Source of the DNA: an uncultured Planctomycetota bacterium
Lineage (GTDB): Bacteria > Planctomycetota > Planctomycetia > Isosphaerales > Isosphaeraceae
Direction of reading: 5' to 3'
DNA length: 64,000 nt
Assembly: GCA_963823665.1 (NCBI GenBank)
Contig: CAWGMQ010000008.1
Location: 192,001-256,000 of the forward strand
The notes beneath the pieces were generated by a model. That model did no database searches. It had not been told where the DNA came from and worked only from the letters and a program-made list of their open reading frames with translations. Within the stretch, counting starts at the first letter, position 1. Each line of letters starts with the position of its first letter. This document shows, in pieces, positions 1 to 8,409 of this stretch. The position numbers and the translations under genes were made by a program.

Positions 1-1
1 C

Positions 2-580
2 CTGGGGGCGCAGCTCGCCGAAGCGCCTCGTGAGATGATCGGTACTGTGGTCGTCGCACAGACACTGCTGGGAACCGGACGCTTTGCCAACGCGTGGGAT
101 GCGCTGCACTACGTTGCGCGACGTGAACCTACCGGAATTCTCGACATGCGACCGGCCCAGAGTACTCAAGACTTTTTGCATCAACTTGTCGACTGGGAGT
201 ACACGGCACTGACGCCGGATCGCGAACGCGCTCTAGAGGTTCTAGCCGTCGGAGGTTGCGTGCCTCCAGGGGCAGGCGGCGATTTGCAGAGAATCACGAA
301 TCGTGCCTTGGCCGGGACCGACAATGACTTAGTCGTACAGTCTGATTCGACGATGCCATATTGGAGTCAGGGCGCGAATCAGCGGAATTGCGACCATTTC
401 CATTACTTCACTCCCGAGGAGGCTGCAGATTCAAACCACTTTGGCTCGGTTGAGCGCTTTCTGAAGAACGTGCTCGATTTGGACAATTGTCCTTATGACC
501 GTCCCGATCAGATCGTGGTTGGCGAAGACACGGTCAAAATCGGTCGCGTGAAGGTTCCGAGGAATCGGGCCCGTCGCTAG
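2..580 (+). CDS. 3' part of a hypothetical protein, possibly alpha/beta-hydrolase-like (runs off the left edge)
   Basis: Frame is open from position 2 (LGAQLAEAPRE-MIG...). The 'DNDLVV' and late 'CDHFHYF' motifs resemble the Asp/His end of lipase-like folds. Confidence 0.4.
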   Translation: MGAQLAEAPREMIGTVVVAQTLLGTGRFANAWDALHYVARREPTGILDMRPAQSTQDFLHQLVDWEYTALTPDRERALEVLAVGGCVPPGAGGDLQRITNRALAGTDNDLVVQSDSTMPYWSQGANQRNCDHFHYFTPEEAADSNHFGSVERFLKNVLDLDNCPYDRPDQIVVGEDTVKIGRVKVPRNRARR

Positions 581-912
581 AGGACTGTAGTTCCCGCGTC
601 GCCAAAGCCCACGACGGCGGAGCCACAGGCCCCGCGCGAGCACGCACGACGGTGAAACATCGCCGCGGAATCGGCGGAGAGAGGAAGACCATTCAAACCG
701 GATCGAGCCACAAGAACGCCGGAACTTTCAGCCGAGCCAAAGAGTCGTGAGTATGCGGTCTTCTTTAGTCGTTTACGGCGAGCTGTCGATTTTGATCTGT
801 TAACCGGTTAGGACGTCGCGTGATCCAGCATCAGAACGACGGGAGTTACGGTCGCTTTATCACTCCGGCAGCTTCACGAAGAACCCCCGCACTTCGGAGT
901 TGGGGGTCAGAT

Positions 913-969
913 CGGACCCCACAGCCCGGACCCCACAGGGCGCCGCAGTCCCCAGGCCGGACCCCACAG
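913..969 (+). repeat. Three exact 12-bp direct repeats CGGACCCCACAG
   Basis: Copies at 913-924, 927-938 and 958-969. Confidence 0.85.
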
Positions 970-1110
970 GCCGAATGGCTGTCGGCCAGGATCAGGCCAA
1001 CCAGTACATCAAGAGCCACTCGCCCGAAGAGCAGCAGGATGTCATGATCGGGACGGTGTAGATGTCCCGATTCGAAGTTCCCCTGATCCTCTGTATCGAC
1101 GACGATGATG

Positions 1111-1530
1111 TCAGTGACGCGGTGACTGAACGCCAGGAAAAAGCCCGGCTCGGATCAGTAGGCGGCGGACCTCGACGCGCTCGGGAGCGTTCATGACCAG
1201 GACATCGATCGTCGTTCGTCCGATGGCGGTTCGGCCTGTGAGCACCGGGCCAACCCAGGCGAAATGCTCTTCCCAAATATCCTGCCGGGGGTGGAACAGT
1301 CGGGTCAACAACCCTGTGTCGGGGTCGAGGCCGCCGATATTCGGCCCCTTGTGGAGGTTGTCATTCAGGCAGGACAATGCCAAGTTTTCGGCGACCGTAG
1401 GCCCGTGGTGTTGCTCGGCAATGACGTGGTCGATCTGGAAGGGCAGAGCGTCGAGCGATTGCGGCAGCCGACAATACTCGCAGGCGCTTTGGGCGCGGTC
1501 CCAAACCAAACGTTTGAGCGCCTCATTCAT
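1111..1530 (-). CDS. HNH endonuclease
   Basis: CEYC ... IDHVIAEQHHG ... NLALSCLNDNLHKG, followed by the LFHPRQD.W.EHF tail typical of small HNH proteins. Confidence 0.9.
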   Translation of the reverse strand: MNEALKRLVWDRAQSACEYCRLPQSLDALPFQIDHVIAEQHHGPTVAENLALSCLNDNLHKGPNIGGLDPDTGLLTRLFHPRQDIWEEHFAWVGPVLTGRTAIGRTTIDVLVMNAPERVEVRRLLIRAGLFPGVQSPRH

Positions 1531-1555
1531 TGCGTCAGAAGGCAGGGAAAGAGGG

Positions 1556-1822
1556 CTAGGCCAAGGCGCAGCGAGCCTTGGCGTGGATCAGATTGAGGAA
1601 GTTGCCGACGCGCACGTAACGCTCCAATAGCGCGCGTTCGGACGGCGCGATGGCGCCCTTGCGGTTCTTCTCCGCCAGTTCGTTCATGCGTGCGACCGCG
1701 GCAGGATTGAACCGAAATCCGAGCAGCGCTCGCGCAGCCTCAGGCGACAACCCGGCGGTGTCGGATTGAATGACCTGTTCAAGGATCTCGCTTTCTGTCT
1801 CAAGAGTGGCTGTATCGCTCAT
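1556..1822 (-). CDS. Small helical protein upstream of the HNH gene (putative antitoxin partner)
   Basis: 88 aa from ATG 1822, co-oriented and directly upstream of the HNH gene. TATACT lies 6 nt before the ATG. Confidence 0.7.
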   Translation of the reverse strand: MSDTATLETESEILEQVIQSDTAGLSPEAARALLGFRFNPAAVARMNELAEKNRKGAIAPSERALLERYVRVGNFLNLIHAKARCALA

Positions 1823-1991
1823 GGCATCAGTATACCGCGGGGCGGGAACCAACGACAAGCGCGTGATTGAGCGTCCTCGAACCTGTCAATGGTTGACGAA
1901 GCTCCCCCCATTGACGTGATCGTTGGAGGCCGGTCGGGCCGCTTGGAGCGCCCGCGAAGCTCCACGCCGCCCACTACCGGCCATTCGACCA

Positions 1992-2058
1992 CCGAAGGTG
2001 GGACCTGAACCCACACCCTCTTGCGAGGACCGGATTTTGAGTCCGGTACGTCTGCCAT
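1992..2058 (-). pseudogene. tRNA-Leu(CAA) 3' fragment (att-like scar), 5' end missing
   Basis: Minus strand reads TGGCAGACGTACCGGA-CT-CAA-AA-TCCGGT-CCTCGCAAGAGG-GTGTGGGTTCAGGTCCCACCTTCGG. Anticodon arm, long variable arm and T arm are present. Upstream AATACCACGAGTA cannot form the acceptor or D-stem 5' strand. Confidence 0.85.
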
Positions 2059-2165
2059 ACTCGTGGTATTGGAAACACGTTGCGGTGATACTTAAAGGCT
2101 TTGATTGCAGGGCAGTTACGATACTGACCCTGACGCACGTACATTGTAGCCGCATTGGGCTGATA

Positions 2166-2196
2166 TTGCCAATCCTGTTCCCAATTTGTTCCCAAA
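2166..2196. repeat. Short direct repeats TTGCCAAT / TGTTCCCAAT / TGTTCCCAAA (possible integrase arm-type sites)
   Basis: About 11-bp spacing, ~110 bp inside the tRNA-Leu fragment. Confidence 0.5.
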
Positions 2197-2334
2197 TCGG
2201 CCTGCCAGTTGACACCTGACTATCTAGGTGGGGCGGCAGCGCATCATGGTCGCCGACGCGATGTCGGGGGGGGCTCAAAGTGCATTCAGCGGGGAGGGTC
2301 ACCGCCAGTTAGGACCTGGCGGTTCGCGTAAGAA

Positions 2335-2364
2335 GTCGAGGCGGCGGGAATTGCACCCGCGTCC
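2335..2364 (-). pseudogene. tmRNA (ssrA) 3'-end fragment, att-like scar
   Basis: Minus strand GGACGCGGGTGCAATTCCCGCCGCCTCGAC resembles the usual tmRNA terminus GGACGCGGGTTCGATTCCCGCCGCCTCCACCA. The rest of ssrA is absent. Confidence 0.75.
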
Positions 2365-2664
2365 CACGTGACGCAACGTCTGACGCCTTCCCTCAGGGAA
2401 GCGATCATGGAACTGGTGCGAGGCGCGTGAGTCTTTGTAAGCAGGTTGATGGCGATAGAATCCGACGCTTCTGCTACAATGCCCTAGCAGTCGCAGTGTT
2501 CCAGTGTATACTATCGGCGATGATAGCGCGCTTCGCGGTATCTCAAGCCCTTACGCCGCATCATGGTATGCTCGATGCTGGTCTAGGGCTATGACGAGCC
2601 GAGCGTGATGGGAAGAACACTGCGCGACTTAGCGGGTCGCGTGCTTTCGCTGGGAGTACGGGAC

Positions 2665-3796
2665 GTGGCTGACACATTCTTCGAGGAGCAGACCGAGCAG
2701 TCACTCGTCAAGGCAGAGATCATCTCAAAATACTTCTGGGCTTGGGCCAAGGTGATCATAGGCGCAGAAACGTTACGCTGATCGCTCCGACGGCCGGATC
2801 GCCTATATCGATCTTTTTGCGGGGCCGGGGCGCTACCGAAGCGGGGCGAAGACTACTCCAGTGATGGTCATCGAGCAGGCGATTCGGGAGCCCGACCTCT
2901 GCGAACGGCTGGTGTGCGTGTTCAACGATAAAGATGGTGATAACACCAGTTCGCTGCAAACGGCAATAGCCGAGTTGCCCGGCATCGAGAAGATGAAGTT
3001 TCGACCGCATGTTGAAACCGGCGAGGTCGGCGAGCAGGTGGTGCGCCGTTTCGAGGCAATGTCTTTGGTGCCGACATTTTTCTTCGTTGACCCCTTCGGC
3101 TATAAGGGCCTGTCGCTTCGGCTCGTGAACTCAGTGCTCAAGGATTGGGGCTGCGACTGCGTATTCTTCTTCAACTATAACCGTATAAACATGGGTCTTG
3201 GAAACGCTGCGGTTGAGGAGCACATGGACGCGCTTTTTGGCAAGGTGCGGGCCGACTCGCTTCGCTCCAAATTCAAGCTCCAGGTCAAGCCGGGCGAACG
3301 CGAAGCTTTCATCCTTGAAGAGCTAACCAAGGCGATGAAAGAGATGGGCGGCCAATTCGTGCTTCCATTCCGCTTTCGGAACGAAGAAGGCTCACGCACT
3401 ACTCACCACCTGATTTTCGTCACGAAGCACTTTCGCGGGTACGACATCATGAAGGGGATCATGGCTGGATACGGAAGCGTAGCCGATCAGGGCGTTATGC
3501 GGCTCGAATACAGCCCGGCCGACTCAAGGACACCGTTGCTGTTCAATTTCTACAGGCCGCTTGACGACCTTGAAGATATGCTGTTATGTGAGTATCAAGG
3601 AAAGACGGTCGGATTTAAGGAGCTTTACGAAGCGCACAGTGTTGGGAAGAGTTACATCGCGAAGAATTACCGCGAACTGCTTTGCCGCATGGAAGCTGCT
3701 GGCAAGATCAAAATGGAGCCGCCGTGTCCGCCTCGGCGAAAGGGAACCGTCGCTGAACACGTGCGAATCACTTTTCCAAGGAAGGGAGCAGGATGA
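2665..3796 (+). CDS. tcmP: Three-Cys-motif partner protein TcmP (SAM methyltransferase-like), frameshifted near 2763
   Basis: GTG 2665 gives MADTFFEEQTEQSLVKAEIISKYFWAWAKVI. Another frame continues RIAYIDLFAGPGRY ... FFFVDPFGYKG. Adjacent to DUF5131. Confidence 0.85.
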
Positions 3797-4653
3797 GCGC
3801 CACATCATCAATCGAATGGACGGATGCGACATGGAACCCCGTGCGCGGATGCACCAAAATCAGCCCAGGCTGCAAACACTGCTATGCGGAGACTTTTGCT
3901 GAGCGGTTCCGGGGCGTGCCGGGCCATCCCTATGAACAGGGCTTCGACCTGAAGCTCGTGCCACAGAAACTCTCCGAGCCACTCAAATGGACATCGCCGA
4001 AGACGATCTTCGTCAACTCAATGAGCGACCTCTTTCAGGACGGCGTACCTGACTCGTTCGTCCAGCAGGTTGCGCAGGTCATGCAGTTTGCCAACTGGCA
4101 CACATATCAGGTATTGAGCAAGCGCGCCGAGCACATGCGAAACATGCTCAGAGGGGCGCTTGCATTCGCCTCGCGCTCCGATCATATCTGGTGGGGGGTC
4201 AGCGTTGAGGACCGAAAATACGGCCTGCCAAGGATCGATGCTCTGCGTGACGCGCCAGTCGCTCTGAGATTCCTGTCGGTCGAGCCGCTTTTGGAGGATC
4301 TCGGCGAGATCAATCTGGAAGGAATCCATTGGGTGATCGTGGGCGGCGAAAGCGGCCACGGGGCTCGGCGGATGAAGGAGGAATGGGTTATTCGCATTCG
4401 CGAACAGTGCCGTTCCGCTAATGTGCCGTTCTTCTTCAAGCAATGGGGTGGTGTCCGCAAGTCAGAGGCCGGTCGCGTACTCGAAGGGCGCACCTACGAT
4501 GATATGCCAACACGTAAGACTACGAGATTACCTGCGAATCAGGCACGACTGGCTTTCATCGAACAGGTGGAGCTGTGGGCGGCGGATTATGGGCCGCTGG
4601 TCCCGCAGGCCGATCTCTTGGGCGGTCTCGAGCGTCAGCCGATGTTGTTCTAA
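3793..4653 (+). CDS. DUF5131 / phage Gp37-Gp68 family protein (radical-SAM-like three-Cys motif)
   Basis: SSIEWTDATWNPVRGCTKISPGCKHCYA, IFVNSMSDLF, WVIVGGESG, FFFKQWGG. ATGA overlap with tcmP. Confidence 0.95.
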   Translation: MSATSSIEWTDATWNPVRGCTKISPGCKHCYAETFAERFRGVPGHPYEQGFDLKLVPQKLSEPLKWTSPKTIFVNSMSDLFQDGVPDSFVQQVAQVMQFANWHTYQVLSKRAEHMRNMLRGALAFASRSDHIWWGVSVEDRKYGLPRIDALRDAPVALRFLSVEPLLEDLGEINLEGIHWVIVGGESGHGARRMKEEWVIRIREQCRSANVPFFFKQWGGVRKSEAGRVLEGRTYDDMPTRKTTRLPANQARLAFIEQVELWAADYGPLVPQADLLGGLERQPMLF

Positions 4654-4710
4654 CGTAAGCAATTGGTGATGCCGACACAGCCGGTCATGGGCGGACGCGT
4701 ATGTTCGAGT

Positions 4711-4814
4711 AGACCCGCTGGGGATTTGAACCCCAATCTCCCCCTTCAGCAAGGCACCGCGCCGAGCACGATGCACTGCTGGAGGGGGGCACTCTACCAT
4801 TGAGCTAACGGGTC
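4711..4814 (-). ncRNA. tRNA-like RNA with canonical acceptor, D and T arms and a ~23-bp extended anticodon arm
   Basis: GACCCGT-TA-GCTC AATGGTA GAGT-G-CCCCCCTCCAGCAGTGCATCGTGC TCG GCGCGGTGCCTTGCTGAAGGGGG-AGAT-TGGGG TTCAAAT CCCCA-GCGGGTC-T. It has a 7-bp acceptor, U8, A14, G18G19, an A15:U48 pair and a TTCAAAT T-loop. CCA is not encoded. Confidence 0.85.
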
Positions 4815-5605
4815 TCAGCAACTACGAGCTGGCTAACCTTCGCAGCTCGAATCGTGGAAATACTGTACCGCTCGCGGAGGAACCCGGCCACCGCGTGCTC
4901 ACGTCGGTCGGGGCTTTGGTGAAGCGATTTCAACTTGCTCATCAAATGAGCGTTATCCAGAGCCGAGGCAACCAGTTCGTCATCCGTTGGGTTCGTCGCG
5001 GCACAAAGCTTTGCCGCGAGCTGCTTGAGGGATCTCGTGAAAAGCACGAAATCATCAAACGCCGACTCCTCAAAGAAATTCGGGGCGCACAGCGTATTGT
5101 AAGGAGACTGCGAAACCCGCGCTCGAAGTTCGGTACAGCTCCTCTTATGACGCTTTCGCTGGTCACCTTCGGGGTCGTGCATGATGAAGTTTCGTGCGAG
5201 ACGATAGTATTGGAAGACATCGTACTCGAGCTGGCCGACTTGGTTTGTGGTGACATCAAAGGCAGCGAGCGTCGCCGTAAGAGCGTCCTCGTCGGCATCA
5301 CGAGAAAACTGGACCCTGCGAGGGTGCGTTTTCCGGAAGCGCCGGAAGAATTGCTCCGCCTGTTGATAGACGGCAAGTAATTGAAGCTGAGAGCATCTAG
5401 TCCGTAGATCGGAGAGGTCAATTAAGTTCACGTGTATGCCATGGCGGACCGCGAGTTGTTCGACGGCTTCGTGGCCCTCCGATTCGTCAATGCGTTGGAC
5501 CTCCCGGACGCCAACCTCAATCCATTCGACGACAGCGTCGGACTCTCCAAGGGTCTTAACCAGTGACCTGTAAGCTGGCGAACGAAAATCGGCTGGATGG
5601 GGCAT
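4805..5605 (-). CDS. HEPN-motif protein (putative RNase), last gene of the defence operon
   Basis: 266 aa, helical-looking sequence with RX4H motif YYRLARNFIMH and an upstream helix carrying Glu (VYQQAEQFF). Confidence 0.7.
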   Translation of the reverse strand: MPHPADFRSPAYRSLVKTLGESDAVVEWIEVGVREVQRIDESEGHEAVEQLAVRHGIHVNLIDLSDLRTRCSQLQLLAVYQQAEQFFRRFRKTHPRRVQFSRDADEDALTATLAAFDVTTNQVGQLEYDVFQYYRLARNFIMHDPEGDQRKRHKRSCTELRARVSQSPYNTLCAPNFFEESAFDDFVLFTRSLKQLAAKLCAATNPTDDELVASALDNAHLMSKLKSLHQSPDRREHAVAGFLRERYSISTIRAAKVSQLVVAETR

Positions 5606-5709
5606 AGCGTTTCTCTTACTTTCATCGACTCCTAAGCAGAAATCCGTTTTATGGCGTTCCTGACGATCTTCTTCTGGCGATGCTTGTGATTACCCATATT
5701 CACTCTGGT

Positions 5710-8409
5710 TTAAACTTTGTTTACAGAAAAGGAATTCGCGAGTCCCTCCAACGTCATGTTTTCTGCGATCGCGTCATGCGGAATCAGCAGATAAACCCAC
5801 GGCTTTCCCCCGTAAGTGGCAGCGTAGTCGGAAGCATTTTTGCACCACGTGACGGCTGCGTCCCGCTTCGCGATGACGTCTGGCGATTCCATTTCATTGC
5901 GAGCTTTTGGTTCCATTAAGTAGATCATGTCCTTCGTCTCGGCCGCGAAATCAGGCTGGTATTCGAGGTGATCGACACCGGATTTATAGAAGATCTGGAA
6001 CTGTCCCTTAGCAGGTTTGAACCACTTGTCAGACTCGCGATCCAGGATGATTGCCAGTTTTCGTTCGCTGTCGGACTGGAACTTTTGGACCGGATAGAGA
6101 CAACGATTGAAACCACCGAACACGTATTTCGCCATGTTGCTCTTGTCGGTCGGCGAGTGTCGAAAATCCATTGGTGGCTCGGTCGCACTTGCCGTGAAGG
6201 CACTTGGCTTGAGATCTGTGAAGCCCTTGCTGATCTTCACCTCGTAAACGACCATAGGATCTTCCCAGTAGTGCAGCAGCATCTGCGCATGCACGAACCG
6301 AGCAATCTCCCGCTGGTAATACCTCAACACTTTTCGGATATCAGTATCTGCGAGATAGCTTCGGAAGTGCTGGACCGTCTGCGCTGCAAGGTCATAGAGC
6401 AAATCGGCCTGCTCATCGTATGCGATATCGTCAAAATCGATGAGACCGCTGACGACGTAGTCCTCAAGACGCGCTTCGTCGATGCTGCCTTTTCCGATTC
6501 CGACAATCTCAGTGGCTCCAGTGCGAAGGTGCTGAATCCAAAGCTCTTCGGAAGGTGGCTGGTAATTGAGGGTCGCGAGATTGAGGGTAAAGGCGTGGAA
6601 AGCTGATCGAACCTCACCCTTTGGGACGACCAGGATGCGAGGGATGTCGATCGTCTGCTGAATGATGAGTTCCGACGTCTTCGCTACGACTGCCGCAATG
6701 TCGGGCTTATCGCCGATGCCTTCGAGCATCAATTGGGTCGGTCGATATTGGCTCTCCACTTCCTTGGCCACGAGAGCCTGGATTTCCGGCTTCGACAAGT
6801 GGCTTACACTCGGAACGTCCTTCGGCTGGTTTTCTAGGCGGCGGATCACGTCATAGGCGATCTGGGCGACTTTCTGTTCTTCTGGACTCGTGAAGGCTGG
6901 TGGCTGATTCTGGCCAGCAACCTGCGTCGACGAGGTTTGGTGATCGGGCTGGATGCCCAACTTGTTCATGAGCTGAGATTGAGAAACAACAGTCGTGGTC
7001 TTCTCTGCAAGGACTTCAGGAGCCAGGATGACCTGTTGGATTCGGATCGGTGAATCCGATTTCTTGGCATCGTCGATAATCTCTTGGAATTTATCGTGCG
7101 CGACGATGTTAAGCCGATCGACAGTGATCACTCCTGTTCGCTTGCCGTAGGGAAGTCGGAGGCCACGACCAATCGATTGCTCAATGAGAATTCGGGCATT
7201 GGCGGCGCGAAGCGGTATGATCGTGTAGAGGTTCGTTACGTCCCAACCTTCCTTGAGCATGTTGACGTGGATTACGATTTCAGTCGGCTCGTCAGTGCTC
7301 TCAACCTTGAGCAGACGCTCGACCATCTCGTCCTCTTCCGCTCCGGTCTTGCTCGAATCGACCTGAATCACCTTCTCGTGGTATTGCCCCTCGAAGAACT
7401 TGTCAGAAGTCATGAGCTGCATCAGTTGGCCCGCGTGCGTCGTGTCGCGAGCGATAACGAGAAGGAAGGGCTTCACGATCGGATTGCCCGACTCGCGTGC
7501 GTAGGTTTCGAGTTCGACTTTCACGCTTTCGTGGAGCCGAACCCCGTCTTCCAGTTTGACTCGTTCGATCTCTTCGGGTGACATGCCGACCGGATTGAAG
7601 TTCTTGCGTGTGACTACGGCGGGCTCCTTCACGAACCCGTCGGCCATCGCCTTGCCCAGCGGGTAGTCGAAGATGACATTCTTGAAAGGGACCGCTCCCT
7701 TGCTCGTCTCGACGAAGGGCGTCGCCGTGAGTTCGAGCCCTAGGACTGGCTTGAGCTCGTTGATCGCCCTGACCCCTGCGGATGCCCTGTATCGGTGCGA
7801 CTCGTCCATGAGGAGAACCAGGTCATCCAGCCCTGCGAGGTAGTCGAAGTAGCTCTCCCCGATATACTCCGATAGTCGCTTAATGCGGGGAGCCTTCCCT
7901 CCGCGTACCTCGGAGTTGATCTTCGAGATATTGAAGACGTTGACCTTGCATCCAAGCAAAGCGTCGAAAAGCGTCTTGGCCGACGATTCGTAATCGTCAC
8001 CGGTAATAATGGCGGGTGGTTCGATAGCGAATTCCGCGATGCCTTTGAAGACGTATTTCGGGTGGTTGCGTTCGGAAAACTCACGAACCAGTTTATTGTA
8101 GATGGTCAGATTGGGGGCCAGGACGAAGAAGTTATTCAGACCGTGTGCGAGATGGAGATAACTGATGAAGGCTCCCATTAGCCTCGTCTTGCCCACGCCG
8201 GTAGCGAGTGCAAAGCACAGCGAAGGGAATTCCCGCTCAAAGTCTGTGACAGTAGGAAACTCACTGCGAATCGTTGCTAGGGCCGCCGATACGTCCACTT
8301 TCTTGGCAGGTGGAGCGATTTCCGTAACTCGGTCAAGGATCTCCAACGATTGCCGCTGCGGTGGGCGTAGGCTCAGGCGACCAGCGATGGAATTGACGTG
8401 ACGGTTCAT
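5710..8409 (-). CDS. res: Type III restriction enzyme Res subunit (SF2 helicase plus PD-(D/E)xK nuclease)
   Basis: ALATGVGKT, DESHRY, LTATP, MLKEGWDV, EQSIGRGLR, C-terminal YQPDF...MEPK. Confidence 0.93.
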   Translation of the reverse strand: MNRHVNSIAGRLSLRPPQRQSLEILDRVTEIAPPAKKVDVSAALATIRSEFPTVTDFEREFPSLCFALATGVGKTRLMGAFISYLHLAHGLNNFFVLAPNLTIYNKLVREFSERNHPKYVFKGIAEFAIEPPAIITGDDYESSAKTLFDALLGCKVNVFNISKINSEVRGGKAPRIKRLSEYIGESYFDYLAGLDDLVLLMDESHRYRASAGVRAINELKPVLGLELTATPFVETSKGAVPFKNVIFDYPLGKAMADGFVKEPAVVTRKNFNPVGMSPEEIERVKLEDGVRLHESVKVELETYARESGNPIVKPFLLVIARDTTHAGQLMQLMTSDKFFEGQYHEKVIQVDSSKTGAEEDEMVERLLKVESTDEPTEIVIHVNMLKEGWDVTNLYTIIPLRAANARILIEQSIGRGLRLPYGKRTGVITVDRLNIVAHDKFQEIIDDAKKSDSPIRIQQVILAPEVLAEKTTTVVSQSQLMNKLGIQPDHQTSSTQVAGQNQPPAFTSPEEQKVAQIAYDVIRRLENQPKDVPSVSHLSKPEIQALVAKEVESQYRPTQLMLEGIGDKPDIAAVVAKTSELIIQQTIDIPRILVVPKGEVRSAFHAFTLNLATLNYQPPSEELWIQHLRTGATEIVGIGKGSIDEARLEDYVVSGLIDFDDIAYDEQADLLYDLAAQTVQHFRSYLADTDIRKVLRYYQREIARFVHAQMLLHYWEDPMVVYEVKISKGFTDLKPSAFTASATEPPMDFRHSPTDKSNMAKYVFGGFNRCLYPVQKFQSDSERKLAIILDRESDKWFKPAKGQFQIFYKSGVDHLEYQPDFAAETKDMIYLMEPKARNEMESPDVIAKRDAAVTWCKNASDYAATYGGKPWVYLLIPHDAIAENMTLEGLANSFSVNKV

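Noticed and set aside
797..812. tRNA-Asn anticodon-arm fragment (CTGTTAACCG) as a third att scar
   Set aside because: Only about 10 nt resemble tRNA-Asn and no T arm follows, so it cannot be told from chance.
1992..2075. Intact tRNA-Leu(CAA) gene
   Set aside because: The 5' acceptor strand and first D-stem strand are missing and the T-loop is altered (TTCAGGT). It is treated as an att-like fragment.
4711..4814. Ordinary functional tRNA, or a Y RNA (YrlA)
   Set aside because: There is no 7-nt anticodon loop without processing. I see no Ro60-binding helix motif and no Ro60/TROVE or rtcB gene in the window. A covariance-model search is needed to exclude YrlA fully.
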